64,000 bases of DNA from Malacoraja senta (Eukaryota). The stretch covers positions 2,356,001 to 2,420,000 of the forward strand of contig CM075988.1 of assembly GCA_038087875.1 (NCBI GenBank), given 5' to 3'. The notes beneath the pieces were generated by a model that was not told the origin of the DNA, did not search any database, and worked only from the letters and a program-made list of their open reading frames with translations. The translations under genes and the position numbers were made by a program. Positions 41,962 to 55,434 of this stretch are shown piece after piece (position 1 is the first letter of the stretch; the number at the start of each line of letters is the position of its first letter).

Positions 41962-43327
41962 AGTGGGGGAACGGTTGTGTCATCGGTCTATGGGGGTAGG
42001 GTAACTTGGAGTTGATGGAGTTTCATACACCTACTGCTCCTGTCCTCGACATGAGAGATAATGTGCCTGAGACATGTTGTTAGAGTACCTCGGGTGAATA
42101 ACTTCTGTGCGTCTTGTGGATGTGCACGCTGTGTACTGGTGGTGGAGGAATGGATGCATTGGGTGGTTGATGTGTTCTCAGTCCAGCGGGCTGTTTTGTT
42201 TTGGATGATGATGAACTTCTTGAAAGATATTAGAGCTACAATCATTGGGGCAAAGGCAGAGTATTCTATCACATTCCTTGTTGTATGGTACCGAGTCTCT
42301 GATTTGTTATGGAGTCATACAGCATGGTAACAAACCCGGAATCCCAACTTGTCCATGCTGACCAACATAGCTCATCTGATTGCATTTGGCCGGTATCCCT
42401 CTAAACCTTTTCTATCCATGTCTTTTATTGTTGTTATTTTACCTACCTCAACTATCTCCTCTGGCAGCTCGTTCATTTACCCACCACAGCTCTGAGTGAA
42501 AATGTTGCTCCTCAGGTTCCTATTAAATCATTCCCATCTCACCTTAAATATATGTTCTCTGGTTCTTGATTCCCCTGTCCTGGGTAAAAGACTGCATTTA
42601 CCCTATCAATCCCCCACATGATTTTATACACCACTGTTTATTGTCCAACTTCACTTTGCGATGGCCATATTGCTTAACACTTATTAGACCAAATGTGAAT
42701 CTAGGTCCTGCTGCATGCAGGAATAGACTTTCATTTTGCGATGGAATTTTGAGTGGTATCGACCGTTGTGCAGTCATCTGCGAACATCTCTCTTCCTGAC
42801 CTTGTGATGTTTGATCTCCGAAAGTTACAACTACCATCCTTTGTTTCAGATATGATTCTAACAACTGGAGTTCTTTCTCTTTTCCAGAATTTGCAGCTGG
42901 TTTCTCTGGAGTCATTGTGCTAGTCATGTTCCTAAGTTTTTGGAGCGGAATTAGGCCATTCAGCCCATCAAATCTACTCCGCCTCTCAAACCCATTCTCC
43001 TGCCTTCTTCCCATAAGCCCGGACACCCATACTAATTAAGAATCTGTCAATCTCTGGCTTAAATATATTCATTGACGGCCTCCACAGCAGTCTGGCAATG
43101 AATTCCACAGATTCTCCATCCTCTGACTAAAGAAATTCCTCCTCATCTCCTCTCTAAAGGTGCTTCCTTTTATTCTGAGCATATGGCCTCTAGTCCTAGA
43201 CTCTCCCACTAGTGAAAACATCCTCTCCAAATCCACTCATTCCAGGCCTTTCACGGTTCGGTAGCCATTTTATTCTTTAGCAATCTCACAACATTGCGTT
43301 TCTTCTAATTTAGTGATGCCTGTCATT

Positions 43328-44197
43328 CAATAGACAATAGGTGCAGGAATAGGCCAATCGTCCCTTCGAGCCAGCACCGCCATTCAATGTGATCATGGCT
43401 GATCATCCCCAATCAGTGCCCCGTTCCTGCCTTTTCCCCATATCCCCTGAGTCCGCTATCTTTAAGAGCCCTATCCAGCTCTCTCTTGAAAGCATCCAGA
43501 GAACCTGCCTCCACCACCCTCTGAGGCAGAGAATTCCACAGACTCACAACTCTCTGTGAGAAAATGTGTTTCCTTGTCTCCGTTCTAAATGGCTTACACC
43601 TTCTTAAACTGTGGCCCCTGGTACTGGACTCCCCCAACATCGGGAACATGTTTCCTGCCTCCAGCGTGTCCAAACCCTTAACAATCTTATATGCTTCAAT
43701 AAGATCCACTCTCATCCTTCTAAACGCCAGAATGTACAAGCCCAGCTACTTCATTCTCTCAGCATATGACAGTCCCACCATCCCGGGAATTAACCTTGTA
43801 AACCTGCGCTGCACTGCCTCAATAGCAAGAATGTCCTTCCTCAAATTAGGGGACCAAAACTGCATACATACTCCAGGTGTGGTCTCACTAGGGCTCTGTA
43901 CAACTGCAGAAGGACCTCTTTGCTCCTATACTCGACTTCTCTTGTTATAAAGGCCAACATGCCATTCGCTTTCTTCACTGCCTGCTGTACCTGCATGCTT
44001 ACTTTCATAGACTGATGAACAAGGACCCCCAGATCCTGCTGTACTTGCTCTTTTCCCAACTTGACGCCATTTAGATAGTAATCTGTCTTCCTGTTTTTGC
44101 TACTAAAGTGGATAACCTCACATTTCTCCACATTAAACGTCATCTGCCATGCATCTGCCCACTCCCCCAATCTGTCCAAGTCACCCTGCATTCTAAT
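43328..44197 (-). mobile_element. CR1 LINE 3' portion; its continuation resumes at ~47329-47377 beyond the SINE and L2 insertion
   Basis: MQGDLDRLGEWADAWQMTFNVEKC, LVRPHLEY and STRGHSL motifs; TTCTCATAGCATCCTCACAGTTCACACTGCCACCCAGCTTTG at 47329 continues the same frame region. Confidence 0.85.
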
Positions 44198-44200
44198 GTC

Positions 44201-44570
44201 GGACGACAGATGGCGCAATGGGCTAAGTGTTCGGCTGGCAACCGGAAGGTAGCCGGTTCGAATCCCGCTTGGAGTGCATACTGTCGTTGTGTCCTCGGGC
44301 AAGACACTTCACCCACCTTTGCCTGCGTGTGAATGTATGTGAATGTGTGTGAATGTGTGAGTGATTGGTGGTGGTCGGAGGGGCCGTAGGCGCAGATTAG
44401 CAGCCACGCTTCCGTCAGTCTGCCCCAGGGCAGCTGTGGCTACAGAAGTAGCTCACCACCACCGAGTGTGACTGAGGAGTGAATGAATAATGCGATGTAA
44501 AGCGCCTTGAGTATTAGAAAGGCGCTATATAAATCCCATCCATTATTATTATTATTATTATTATTATTAA
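44201..44570 (+). mobile_element. tRNA-derived SINE with a CORE-like domain and L2-type 3' tail
   Basis: A box TGGCGCAATGGG, B box GGTTCGAATCCC, CORE-like GTGTCCTCGGGCAAGACACTTCACCC, L2-like tail GTAAAGCGCCTTGAG...AAAGGCGCTATATAAAT and (ATT)n. Confidence 0.8.
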
Positions 44571-47328
44571 TAATAATAATAATACATTTTATTTGTATAG
44601 CGCTTTTCAAGGACTCAAAGTCGCTTTACATTGAGAGTCAAAAAAAACAAAATAAAGCAGTAAGACAGAGATGCAAATGGCAGGGGGACATGGGACTAAG
44701 GGTATGCAGAGGTGAAGAGATGGGTCTTGAGGCGGGACTGGAGGATGGTGAGGGATTCAGAATTTCGGATCAATTGTGGGAGGGAATTCCAGAGCATGGG
44801 AGCTGCCCTGGAGAAGGCTCTGTCTCCAAAAGTGCAGAGGTTGGATTTCGGAATGGAGAGGAGACCGGCTGATGTGGATCTGAGGGACCGTGAGGGTTGG
44901 TAGGGGGAGAGGAGGTCAGTGAGATAAGGGGGGGCCAAGTGGTTGAGGGCTTTGTAGGTGAGGACCAGGATTTTGTAGATGATCCGGTGGGAAATGGGAA
45001 GCCAGTGAAGTTCTTTGAGAACTGGGGTGATGTGGTGCCAGTATTTGGTGTGGGTGATGAGTCGGGCGGCTGCATTCTGGACCAGTTGGTTGATGTTGCT
45101 GGAATTAATGCCAAAGAGAAGAGAGTTACAGTAGTCGAGTCGGGAGGAGATGAAGGCATGGATGAGTCTTTCAGCAGCGGGGGGTGTGAGAGAGGGTCTG
45201 ATTTTGGCAATGTTGCGGAGGTGAAAAAATGATGTTTTGACAACATGGCGGATGTGAGGCTCAAGGGAGAGGGTTGAGTCAAAGATCACGCCAAGGTTGC
45301 GGGCCTGAGGAGATGGGGAGACAGTGGTGCCGTCAATAGTGAGAGTGGGTTGTTAATTTTGGAAAGTGTTGATTTGGAGCCAATGAGGAGAAATTCTGTT
45401 TTGTTACTGTTTAATTTAAGGAAGTTGAGTTGCATCCAAGATTTGATGGCTGACAGGCAGGAGTTGATATGGGAGAGAGGGGGGTGGTGGTGGTGCTGAG
45501 ATAGATCTGGGTGTCATCAGCATAGCAATGGAAGTCCAGGTTGAACTGACAGAGTATATGACCAAGGGGGAGGATGTAGATGATGAAGAGGAGGGGACCG
45601 AGAACGGAGCCTTGGGGAACGCCTTGAGAGACAGTGGCTGTGGCAGAGGTGTGGTTGTGGAGAGAGATGAAGTGGGATCGGTTGGAAAGGTAGGAACGGA
45701 GCCAGCTGAGTGCAGAACCTTCAATGCCAAGGTCTTTAAGTCTGGTAAGCAGGATGTTATGGTTCACGGTATCGAAGGCTGCATTCAGGTCGAGGAGGAT
45801 GAGGATGTTGAGGGAACTAGTGTCAGCAGAGGTGAGGAGGTCGTTGAGGACTTTGAGGAGAGCAGTTTCTGTGCTATGGAGAGGGCGAAAGCCAGATTGG
45901 AGGGGTTTGAATAGGTTATACGCGAGGAGGTGGGAATGAAGTTGTGACGCGACGATACGCTCCAGGGTTTTTGAAAGAAAGGGGAGGTTTGAGATAGGGC
46001 GGTAGTTAATGAGAGAGGAGGGATCAAGACCAGGTTTCTGGTGTGACAGCAGCAGTTTTGAAAGCAGAGGGGACAATTCCTTGGGACAATGAGGAGTTGA
46101 AGAGATTAGTGAGGTAGGGGCAGAGAGCGGGGAGGCAGGACTTCAGCAGGGGAGTGGGGAGAGGGTCGAGGGAGCAGATAGTGGGTTTGGAAGAGCTGAT
46201 GAGTTTGTAGATTTCAGTAGGGGTGACCGGGTCAAACTGGGAGAGGAAGCAGTGTGGAGGAGGGGTAAGGAGGTCAGTGGAGATGTTGAAAGGAGGGGCC
46301 TTGGTAGGTGGTGGAGTAGATGCTGGGGAGTCGGGTACAGGGGATAAAGATTGATAGATGGTGCTGATTTTGTCAGCGAAAAAGTGGAGGAATGAGTTGC
46401 AGAGATCCGGAGTGGAGGTAGGGAGAGTGTTGGCTCGAGGCTTGAGGAGGTTGCACACTGTGGAGAAGAGGGTTCTGTGGTTTAGGCAGGGGTCGGTGAA
46501 TATGGAGGAGAGGTAGGCAGATTTAGCAGCAATGAGGGCATCGTTGTAGGCAGTGAGGTGGAGTTTGTAAGCTTCATGGTGGACTGTGAGAGATGATTTC
46601 TTTATGAGTCGTTCAAGTCGGCGACCAGTCTGTTTCAGCTTACGAAGTGCAGGTGTGTACCAGGGTGACGATTTATTAAAGGTTACGGTTCTTGTTTTGA
46701 GGGGGGCCAGAGTGTTAAGGGAGGTAGACAAGATGGTTTGTGAGATCATCAGGTGAGATGTGGGTTGAGTCCGGGGGAGAGTGGTGGAGAGCAGGTCAGA
46801 GAGATGGTGAGGGTCGATGGATTTTAGATTACGGAAGGTGATTTCTCGGAGGAAGCGGGGGCGAGGTGTCGGAGAAGGGATGGTGAACCGTATAAGCTTA
46901 TGATCAGAGAGGGGGAAGAGGCATGGATGGAGGTCGAGTACCGGTTGATTTGTAGAGCAGACCAGGTCAAGGATGTGACCTTTGTCATGAGTGGGAAAGG
47001 TGACATGCTGAATGAGAGAGAAGTTGTCAAGTAAAAAAGCGAATTCAGATGCGAGCTTGCAGGTGGGGGAGTCCATATGAATATTTAAGTCACCAAGTAG
47101 CAGCAGACGTGGGAAGAGAGATGAGGCAAGTGTGAGGAGTTCAGTGAAGTCAGATAGGAAGGAGGGGTTTGGTTTAGGTGGCCAGTAAATGAGGATGACT
47201 GTCATGGAGGAAAGGGCTTTGAAGGCGAGGAATTCAAATGATGCTACTGCGGGGAGGGGGAGTTCAGCGATCGGAAAGTTCTGGTTGAAAATAACAGCGA
47301 GGCCACCTGCATGGCGGGAGGGGCGGGG
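44571..47328 (-). mobile_element. L2-clade LINE ORF2 (endonuclease and RT), 5'-truncated, frameshifted
   Basis: LLLGDLNIH, PTHDKGHILDLV, NYRPISNLPFLSK, GVPQGSVLGP, HCYADDTQIY, FISSRLDYCNSLL and GDRAFS motifs; (TAT)n tail. Confidence 0.92.
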
Positions 47329-48010
47329 TTCTCATAGCATCCTCACAGTTCACACTGCCACCCAGCTTTGTGTCATTCATTATCCTAGCTCCCCTTGTTC
47401 AACTTTATTTGCTTGTTTCCCGGTTGCCTTCTGTCCCACATTGGCTATCAGAAGCAAACAAGGTTTATTTCATTCCTCACTGACTACAAGTACTCATCTC
47501 TGAGGAACTTTGCAATATACTGAGTTGTGAATTTGCCCCAAAACATTTTGGGTGGTGAGTCTCATGAGTGATACAGCTGCCCTCTGTTGGTCACGAGTGC
47601 CCGTATGTTTCCTGCACACCGAGTCCATTGCTTTCGTCTCCAGATGGCAGCATTTGCTTTCATTTACCTTTTTGTACCTTCTGACTTTGATCCATTTCTC
47701 ATACTTTATATTTTAAACACTAGCAGAATTTGAGAACATTTAAATGCTGCGCACTTTCTGACATGGAATTTACATTTATTTTGTGGGGTGAGGGTGTTGC
47801 CCTCGCGTGGAGAAGGTCATGGTCTTCAGTCATGCAGTCCTTCTGTTGTTAGCTAAAGGTTTCCAGGATTTAGACCTAAATATTCCCCTGGAAGCAAACA
47901 ATGTTTTTACCAATAGCTTTCCAGTTGTTGCGTATCATGTTATTGGTAAACTAAGCATACCTGAAGCTAATGATGTTTAAGATTGTATAGTCTCTCGCTA
48001 TGTATCAACA

Positions 48011-48315
48011 GTTTAGTTTAGTTTAGAGATACAACGCGGAAACGGGCCCTTCGGCCCACCAGTCCATACCGACCAGCGATCCCCAAATATTAAAACTATC
48101 CTACACACACTAGGGACAATTTACACTTCTACCAAGCCAATTAACCTACCAACCTGTATGTCTTTGGAGTGTGGGAGGAAACCGAAGATCTCAGAAAACC
48201 CACGCGGTCACGGTAAGAACGATAAACTCCTTACAGACAGCATCCGTAGTCTGGATCAAACCCGGGTTTTTGGGGCTGTAAAGCAGCAATTCTACCGCTG
48301 CGACTCTGTGCCACC
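48011..48315 (-). mobile_element. V-SINE-like SINE
   Basis: (GTTTA)n tail, V-domain and tRNA-like head in reverse complement. Confidence 0.78.
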
Positions 48316-48844
48316 CGGTGTTATTTGAATATTGGTCTAAATTAACAGTACATGGTTATCAATAACGTGGGATGAAAATCTACTCAACATCACGACTCTA
48401 TGTGAAGTGGGAATCTGATGACAGAAAGCCCTGCTCTCGGGCTATGGAATAACATTGGTATCACATCAATACACCACAGATCGTACAGAAAGTAAAGAAA
48501 ATGAGCTAAGAAAGTATGGAATGCTATAGTCAGTAAACAAACCTGCAGCTGTCTTCAGAATGAACCAAGTCCATCAGCACCTACCTGTAACATGCTTCGT
48601 TAGCAACAAGACAAACTAAAGGCGTCAACACATCGTTCATGGGCTTCAGGTACTGCGCAATACTTTGTATTTCGAGATACGGCTTTCGCCTGATCATGAC
48701 GTCTGGTTCAATTCGTGCTTTAGAGACTTAAGTAATAAAACCTAGGGTCCCAAGCAGTGATGAAGGAGTGCAGTGTATCCTGTGCCAGCGCTCAGAAGCA
48801 ATGTTAAAGGCTCTATGTGTATTCTCAGACAGTGGACCATAGGG

Positions 48845-49062
48845 GGTCTGTGAATTCAAAGGCATTTGATGAGAGGTGTTCTGAATTCACTGGACATGGG
48901 GGATAGGCTTGGTAAACTCAAAGGCATCAAAGGAATTCAGAAGAAGTTCTGAATTCAAAGGCAGTGGGGGAGGGGAGCTGTATGAATTCATAGTAATGGA
49001 GAGTGTCTCCGTGAATTCATATGCAGTGTGGGGAGGGGTTTGTGAATTCAAAGGCAGTAGGG
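48845..49062. repeat. Degenerate ~31-bp GAATTC-containing minisatellite (resumes at ~50750-50800)
   Basis: GAATTC at 48852, 48883, 48933, 48951, 48984, 49013, 49044, 50753 and ~50784; recurrent TGAATTCAAAGGCAGT. Confidence 0.6.
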
Positions 49063-50029
49063 GAAAGACCATATCTGAGGGAGGATGTGCTGGCTCTGGA
49101 GAGGGTCCAGAGGAGGTTTACAAGAATGATCCCAGGAATGAGTGGGTAAACATATGATGAGCGTTTGATGCCACTTGGCCTATAAACTCACTGGAGTTTA
49201 GAATGGGGGTGTGAGGGTGTGGGGATGTGGAGCTGATGTTTCCACTAGTGGGAGAGTCTAGGACCAGAGGTCATAGTTTCAGAATTAAAGGATGTTCCTT
49301 TAGGAAGGAGATGAGGGGGAATTTCTTTAGCCAGAGGGTGATGAATCTGTGGAATTCTTCGCCACAGAAGGCTGTGGAGGCAGTCAATGGATATTATGAA
49401 GGCAGACATAGATAGATTCTTAATTAGTTCAAGAAGGAACTTCAGATGCTGGAGAATCGAAGGTAGACAAAATTGCTGGAGAAACTCAGCAGGGGGACAT
49501 ATCGCAGTGGAGTAGATAAAATGTTCAAGAAGGATCTGCAGATGCTGGAGAATCGAAGGTAGACAAAATTGCTGGAGAAATTCAGCAATGCTGGAGACCC
49601 CCTATGGTCCGTTCTGTTCCTTCTTGAACATTTTATCTACTCCACTGCGATATCTCCTCAAGGTATGCCTACTTTGAAGAAGTTCTCCGAAGACCCCGCT
49701 GAGTTTCTCCAGACTCTTAATTAGTGTGGGTGTCAGGGGTTATGGGGAGAAGCCAGGAGAATGGGGTTGTGAGAGAGATATAGATCAGCCATGATTGAAT
49801 AGCGGAGTAGACTTGATGGGCCAAATGACCTAATTCTGGTCCTATCACATGACCTTACTAATGGTGCCAGAACAATAACCTTGCTCTCAACTTCAGTAAA
49901 ACCAAGAAAATGATTGTGTAGGAGGGAACTGCAGATGCTGGTTTATATTGAAGATAGATGCAAAATGCTGGAGTAACTCTGGGTCAGGCAGTGGAGAAAC
50001 CCTTCTTCAGACTCCTTTCATCAAAGGAA

Positions 50030-50745
50030 ATTATTGACTTTAGAAGAGCAAGGCCGAGGATCCTCAAACCTGTCTTTGTCAACAGATGGTGGTGGAGAGA
50101 GTCACAAACTTCAAATTCCTGGCCGTGCATACCTCTGAAGATCTGTCCTGGGCCCAGCACACTGATGCAATTATAATGAAAGCCCATCAACACCTCTACT
50201 TCCTTAGAAGATTGGGAAAACTCTGTATGTCAATGAATACTCTCTTGAACTGCAACAGGTGTACAGTAGAGAGCATTGGTTGCATCAGGGCGTGGTTCGA
50301 TAACTCGAACGCTCAAGAATGAAGAATAATGCATAAAGTGGTGAACACTGCTCAGTCCATCATGGGTACTGATCTCTCCACCATTGACGAGTCGCTGCCT
50401 CAGAACGACAGCCAGTTTCATGAGAGACCTATACCACCCTGGCACCACACTCATTTCACTCCTGCCATGGGGAAGGTATAGGAGCCTGAAAACTGTAATG
50501 TCCAGGTTCAGGAACAGCTTCTTCTCAATAACTATCAGGCTATTAAAAACATTACCACCTCCAAATAAGCTCGGGGGGGGGGGGCATTGTTTTTGTCAGT
50601 GCTCTATTATTTTTTTTTTTCCCATATGCTGGACTTTTTTTTTGTTTATAGTGGTTTACAGAGTACTATGTTTATATGTCTGTTGTATTACTTCAGAATT
50701 TCATTGTTCCGTTTCAGGACATATGACAATGAAACACTCTTGAAG
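50030..50745 (+). mobile_element. Rex1/Babar-type 3' fragment
   Basis: VERVTNFKFLAVHTSEDLSWAQH, KAHQHLYFLRRL and SRFRNSFF motifs. Confidence 0.7.
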
Positions 50746-51582
50746 GAGCTCTGAATTCATTGTCAGTGAGGGAGGGGACTATTGAATTCTAAGGCAATAT
50801 AAGGGCAAGATTAACTCTTTCTTTTGAAAACCTCATGCAGCATTGTCAAATTAACCTCTTCATGGTTTTTAACATTAATTCCTAGCACAGAGGTTTTTAT
50901 TGGTACGTAAAGAACATATGGGAATGGATTCTTACAATATGTACATCATCTGTAAATAGAAAGCAGGGAGCATTCACTCTTGGATATGGCAATGAAAAGG
51001 GGCAAGACGGTCAGGAAACATCAATGCATCATAATATGATGTGCAGCACAATGATAAAATAACAGCCTTGATGGCAATTATACTAATGGATTGGAAAAAA
51101 GCTGATTTTGAGGGGCTGAGAATGGAAGTTGAGAATACATAATGGACAATGACTTAGGAGTGCATCTTGAAGTTAGGAAGGATGCCAAAAAACAATTAAG
51201 AACGCTAAGTAGAAGCATGAAATCACATTATCAAGGAACATAAAAAAATTATCATAACCTTACAGGCACATTAAGCTAAAAGGTTGGGATGGGAAGAGAG
51301 CCATGAAATAATAGACTGGAAATATCACAGGGTGCAAAGCGGAGATGGCAGATATATTCAATCATTATTTTATTTCACCATTAACCAGGAAGATGAAACA
51401 GTTGAAATGATACCTTACGATGAGATTAGTGATGAAACTGCAGAAATGGGTGGAAAAACGACACATGGATCCAAGCAAGTGTGAGGTGTTGCATTTTGGG
51501 AGCTTGAATGTAAGGGGAAGGTGTATGATTGATGGCAAGATCCTTAACAGCATTGATGTGCAGGAGGAACCTGCAGTCCAGG

Positions 51583-54500
51583 TACATAGATACATAGATA
51601 CATAGATACATAGAAAATAGGTGCAGGAGTAGGCCATTCGGCCCTTCGAGCCTGCACCGCCATTCAATATGATCATGGCTGATCATCCAACTCAGTATCC
51701 CGTACCTGCCTTCTCTCCATACCCCCTGATCCCTTTAGCCACAAGGGCCACATCTAACTCCCTCTTAAATATAGCCAATGAACTGGCCTCAACTACCCTC
51801 TGTAGCAGAGAGTTCCAGAGATTCACCACTCTCTGTGTGAAAAAGTTTTTCCTCATCTCGGTCCTAAAGGATTTCCCCTTTATCCTTAAACTGTGACCCC
51901 TTGTCCTGGACTTCCCCAACATCGGGAACAATCTTCCTGCATCTAGCCTGTCCAACCCCTTAAGAATTTTGTAAGTTTCTATAAGATCCCCCCTCAATCT
52001 TCTAAATTCTAGCGAGTACAAGCCGAGTCTATCCAGTCTTTCTTCATATGAAAGTCCTGACATCCCAGGAATCAATCTGGTGAACCTTCTCTGTACTCCC
52101 TCTATGGCAAGAATGTCTTTCCTCAGATTTGGAGACCAAAACTGTACGCAATACTCCAGGTGTGGTCTCACCACCATTTAGATAATAGTGTGGCGGCAGC
52201 CTATACACGGGCCACTTATGCTCGAACCCTCGTCAGGAAGTACGAGGGCGGGCACGTGATGTCATGGGCTAGAGGGAGTGTCCTGGTACTTAAGGTCATC
52301 TCACCTCGAGACCACCAAGAGTTCAACCGGTAGCTGAGCCCGAGGGAACAACCTCGCTCAGCTACAGCAACACTGTTATGATAGTCGGCACCTACCTAAC
52401 GTGTCAGCACTGAATAAACGACTCTGAACCGACCTGACGTCTCACCTTTATTCAACACGTCCGGTGCCGCTACAATAGTCTACTTTCCTGTTTTTGCTAC
52501 CAGAGTGTATAACCTCACATGTATCCACATTATACTGCATCTGCCATGCATTTGCCCACTCACCCAGCCTATCCAAGTCACCTTGCAGCCTCCTAGCATC
52601 CTCCTCACAGCTTACACTGCCCCCAAGCTTCGTGTCATCCGCAAACTTGGAGATGTTGCATTCAATTCCCTCGTCCAAATCATTAATATATATTGTAAAT
52701 AGCTGGGGTCCCAGCACTGAGCCTTGCGGTACCCCACTAGTCACTGCCTGCCATTCTGAAAAGGACCCGTTTACTCCTACTCTTTGCTTCTTGTTTGCCA
52801 GCCAGTTCTCTATCCACATCAATACTGAACCCCCAATACCGTGTGCTTTAAGCTTGTATACTAATCTCTTATGTGGGACCTTGTCGAAAGCCTACTGAAA
52901 GTCCAGATATAACACATCCACTGCTTCTCCCTTATCCACTCTACTAGTTACATCCTCGAAAAATTCTATAAGATTCGTCAGACATGATTTACCTTTCGTA
53001 AATCCATGCTGACTTTGTCCAATGATTTCGCCACTTTCCAAATGTGCTGCTATCTCATCTTTAATAAATGACTCTAGCAGTTTCCCCACTACCGATGTTA
53101 GACTAACTGGTCTGTAATTCCCCGTTTTATCTCTCCCTCACTTTTTAAAAAGTGGGGTTACATTAGCTACCCTCCAATCCTCAGGAACTACTCCAGAATC
53201 TAAGGAGTTTTGAAAAATTATCACTAATGCATCCACTATTTCTGGGGCTACTTCCTTAAGTACTCTGGGATGCAGCTTATCTGGCCCTGGGGATTTATCG
53301 GCCTTTAATCCATTCAATTTACCTAACACCACTTCCCGGCTAACCTGGATTTCACTCAGTTCCTCCATCTCATTTCACCCGCGGTCCCCTGCTATTTCCG
53401 GCAGATTATTTATGTCTTCCTTAGTGAAGACAGAACCAAAGTAGTTATTCAATTGGTCTGCCATGTCCTTGTTCCCCATGATCAATTCACCTGTTTCTGA
53501 CTGCAAGGGACCTACATTTATTTTAACTAATCTCTTTCTTTTCACATATCTATAAAAACTTTTGCAGTCAGTTTTTATGTTCCCTGCCAGTTTTCTTTCA
53601 TAATCTATTTTCCTGTTCCTAATTAAGCCCTTTGTCCTCCTCTGCTGGACTGTGAATTTCTCCCAGTCCTCTGGTAGGCTGCTTTTTCTGGCTAATTTGT
53701 ACGCTTCATCTTTTGTTTTGATACTATCCCTGATTTTCCTTGTTATCCACAGATGTACTACCTTCCCTGATTTATTCTTTTGCCAAACTGGGATGAACAA
53801 TTGTTGTAGTTCATCCATGCAGTCTTTAAATGTCTTCCATTGCATATCCACCGTCAACCCTTTTAGAATTAATTGCCAGTCAATCTTGGCCAATTCACGT
53901 CTCATACCCTCAAAGTTACCTTTCTTTAAGTTCAGAACCCTTGTTTCTGAATTAACAATGTCACTCTCCATCCTAATGAAGAACTCAACCATATTATGGT
54001 CACTCTTGCCCAAGGGGCCACGCACAACAAGACTGCTAACTAACCCTTCCTCATTACTCAATACCCAGTCTAGAATAGCCTGCTCTCTCGTTGGTTCCTC
54101 TACATGTTGGTTTAGAAAACTATCCCGCATACATTCCAAGAAATCCTCTTCCTCAGCACCCCTGCCAATTTGATTCACCCAATCTATATGTAGATTGAAG
54201 TCACCCATTATAACTGTTTTACCTTTGTTGCACGCATTTCTAATATCCTGTTTGATGCCATCCCCAACTCCACTACTACTGTTAGGTGGCCTGTACACAA
54301 CACCCACTAGCGTTTTCTGGCCATTAGTGTTTCGCAGCTCTACCCATATCGATTCCACATCCTCCAAGCTAATGTCCTTCCTTTCCATTGCGTTAATCTC
54401 CTCTCTAACCAGCAACGCTACCCCACCTCCTTTTCCTTTCTGTCTATCCCTCCTGAATATTGAATATCCCTGGATGTTCAGCTCCCAGCCTTGGTCACCC

Positions 54501-55390
54501 TGGAGCCATGTCTCCATGATCCCAACTATATCATAATCATTAATAGCTATCTGCACATTCAACTCATCCACCTTATTACGAATGTTCCTTGCATTGAGAC
54601 ACAAAGCCTTCAGGCTTGTTTTTACAATGCTCTTACCCCTTATACAACTATGTTGAAAAGTGGCCCTTTTTGATTTTTGCCCTGGATTTGTCTGCCTGCC
54701 ACTTTTACTTTTCACCTTGCTACCTATTGCTTCTACCCTTATTTTACACCCCTCTGTCTCTCTGCTCACACATTTAAGAAACCCACCACCTCCCATTCTC
54801 TGTTAATTATTTTTTTCTTCTTTCCCCCCTACATGTTGCGTCTGAGTGCTTCCCTTCTCTGCCTCCTGCCTCACACACTGTCTCCTAGCTTTCTCTATTT
54901 GAGTCCCTCCCCCCAACCATTCTAGTTTAAAGTATCCGCAGTAGCCTTTGCAAATCTCCCTGCCAGAATATTGGTCCCCCTCGGGTTCAAGTGCAACCCT
55001 TCCTTTTTGGACAGGTCACACCTTCCACAAAAGAGGTCCCAATGATCCTGAAACTTGAATCCCTGCCCTCTGCACCAGTTCTTCAGCCACACATTTATCC
55101 TCCACCTCGCTCCATTCCTACTCTCACTGTCGCGTGGCACAGGCAGTAATCCCAAGATTGTTACCTTTGCGGTCCTTCTCCTTAACTCTCCTCCTAACTC
55201 CCTAAATTCTCCTTTCAGGACCTCTTCTCTTTTTCTACCTATGTCATTGGTACCTATATGTACCACGACCTCGGGCTCCGCTCCCTCCCATTTCAGGACA
55301 TCTTGGACACGTTCAGACACATCCCAGACACTGGCACCAGGGAGGCAAACTACCATCCGGGTCTCCTGACTGCGTCCACAGAATCGCAGA

Positions 55391-55392
<2 letters not shown>
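51583..55392 (-). mobile_element. Near-complete CR1 LINE: ORF1 SGNH esterase C-part, ORF2 endonuclease and RT (with stops/frameshifts and an internal deletion), (TATCTATG)n tail
   Basis: ORF1 VHIGTND...GLHLN; ORF2 LNARNIRNK, ETWL, MGDFN, SDHN, KSPGPD, QHGF, GVPQGSVLGP, KFADDTKL and RPHLEYC motifs. Confidence 0.93.
52189..52474. mobile_element. Solo LTR (286 bp) inserted in the CR1; 4-bp TSD suggests Gypsy-type or ERV
   Basis: TG...CA ends with inverted termini TGTGGCGGCA / TGCCGCTACA; TSD ATAG (52185-52188, 52475-52478); AATAAA at ~52414. Confidence 0.75.

Positions 55393-55434
<42 letters not shown>

Noticed and set aside
44201..44275. Functional tRNA gene
   Set aside because: It is the tRNA-like head of a SINE, continuing into a CORE-like body and L2 tail.
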